A stretch of 5,275 bases of DNA from an archaeon (lineage in GTDB: Archaea > Iainarchaeota > Iainarchaeia > Iainarchaeales > CSSED10-239). Below the pieces are notes generated by a model. It was not told the DNA's origin. It saw nothing but the letters and a program-made list of their open reading frames with translations, and made no database searches. Every line of letters starts with the position of its first letter. The first letter of the stretch is position 1. Positions 4,860-5,275 of this stretch are shown one piece after another. A program made the translations under genes and the position numbers. The stretch spans positions 1 to 5,275 of the forward strand of contig DAOOON010000038.1 in assembly GCA_035387745.1 (NCBI GenBank), read 5' to 3'.

Positions 4860-5275
4860 TTATTTATAGAATAACTTAGGATTGTTTTCTACAAATCTTT
4901 TAATCATTCCATTCAGAAGAAAATGTTCGCCTTTTTTTAGATAGATATAACCTAAGATTGAAGCAAAGATTGCGCCAATACCATTAAGCAAAAAATCCTT
5001 CATGGTGTCCATTAATCCTAGACGAGAATCGCAAAAACCAGTTTCTGGGCAAAGATTTCTTGCTCTTTGCATATTTCCTCCAGCAATGTTATCATAGCTG
5101 TATTCATATATTTCCCAGATTACTCCTGCAGTCATTGTTATACTAAAAATAATAAAAGCAATAAAGATTGCACTAGTCTTTATCTTTTGCGTCTTATACA
5201 AGACATACATTGCGCCAAAAACTACAAGGCCCAAAGCAAATCCAGAGAAGGTGTGAAGTAATGAATCCCACCACC
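4860..5275 (-). CDS. Integral membrane protein, N-terminus beyond the window edge; family not confidently recognised
   Basis: The track's start at 5234 is a TTG. The same frame stays open to position 5275, reading ...WWDSLLHTFSGFA before GLVVFGAMYV... There are at least three hydrophobic segments and a loop motif WEIYEYSYD...MQ...DTMKDFLLNGIGA. The stop is TAA, read as tta at 4860-4862. Confidence 0.75.
   Translation of the reverse strand, partial: WWDSLLHTFSGFALGLVVFGAMYVLYKTQKIKTSAIFIAFIIFSITMTAGVIWEIYEYSYDNIAGGNMQRARNLCPETGFCDSRLGLMDTMKDFLLNGIGAIFASILGYIYLKKGEHFLLNGMIKRFVENNPKLFYK

Noticed and set aside
5067-5261. 64-aa + strand ORF overlapping the membrane-protein gene
   Set aside because: The opposite-strand frame encodes clear transmembrane segments and stays open to the window edge. 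This one is the shadow.
1-5275. CRISPR arrays, tRNA/rRNA genes, IS elements or long repeats
   Set aside because: Non-coding space is limited to about 129 nt and 71 nt, with 3-9 nt at the other gene junctions. I saw no spaced direct repeats, cloverleaf-capable segments, terminal inverted repeats or transposase-like ORFs.

Overview
The window is AT-rich (roughly 30% GC by eye), very tightly packed and almost entirely coding. The anchor is a pyrB-pyrI operon (1537-2903, + strand) encoding the aspartate carbamoyltransferase catalytic and regulatory chains, with an ATGA stop/start overlap. Upstream on the + strand are a possible gene 3' end at the window edge, a strongly basic lysine-rich orphan protein (139-624) and a class I SAM-dependent methyltransferase (646-1407). 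On the - strand, a second class I SAM methyltransferase (2907-3762) converges on pyrI. It is split into two ORFs by a single frameshift inside an A9 run on the coding strand. Divergent from it is a DUF362/COG2768-type Fe-S protein with an inserted 2x[4Fe-4S] ferredoxin module (3834-4856). A convergent integral membrane protein follows, and its reading frame stays open to the right window edge (4860->5275). Four things suggest an archaeal genome with a small, compact layout, but this cannot be proven from the sequence alone: GGTGA/GGGGGT Shine-Dalgarno-like sites, TATA-like AT boxes, 3-nt gaps between convergent stop codons with no GC-rich hairpin terminators, and a PyrB that looks archaeal from memory. 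I found no tRNA, rRNA, CRISPR array, IS element or recognisable defence or mobile module, and I cannot point to a clear new multi-gene system. The most checkable oddities are the homopolymer-split methyltransferase, the U-rich pyrB leader with a 28-codon upstream ORF ending inside the pyrB ribosome-binding site, and the basic orphan protein tightly linked to a methyltransferase.
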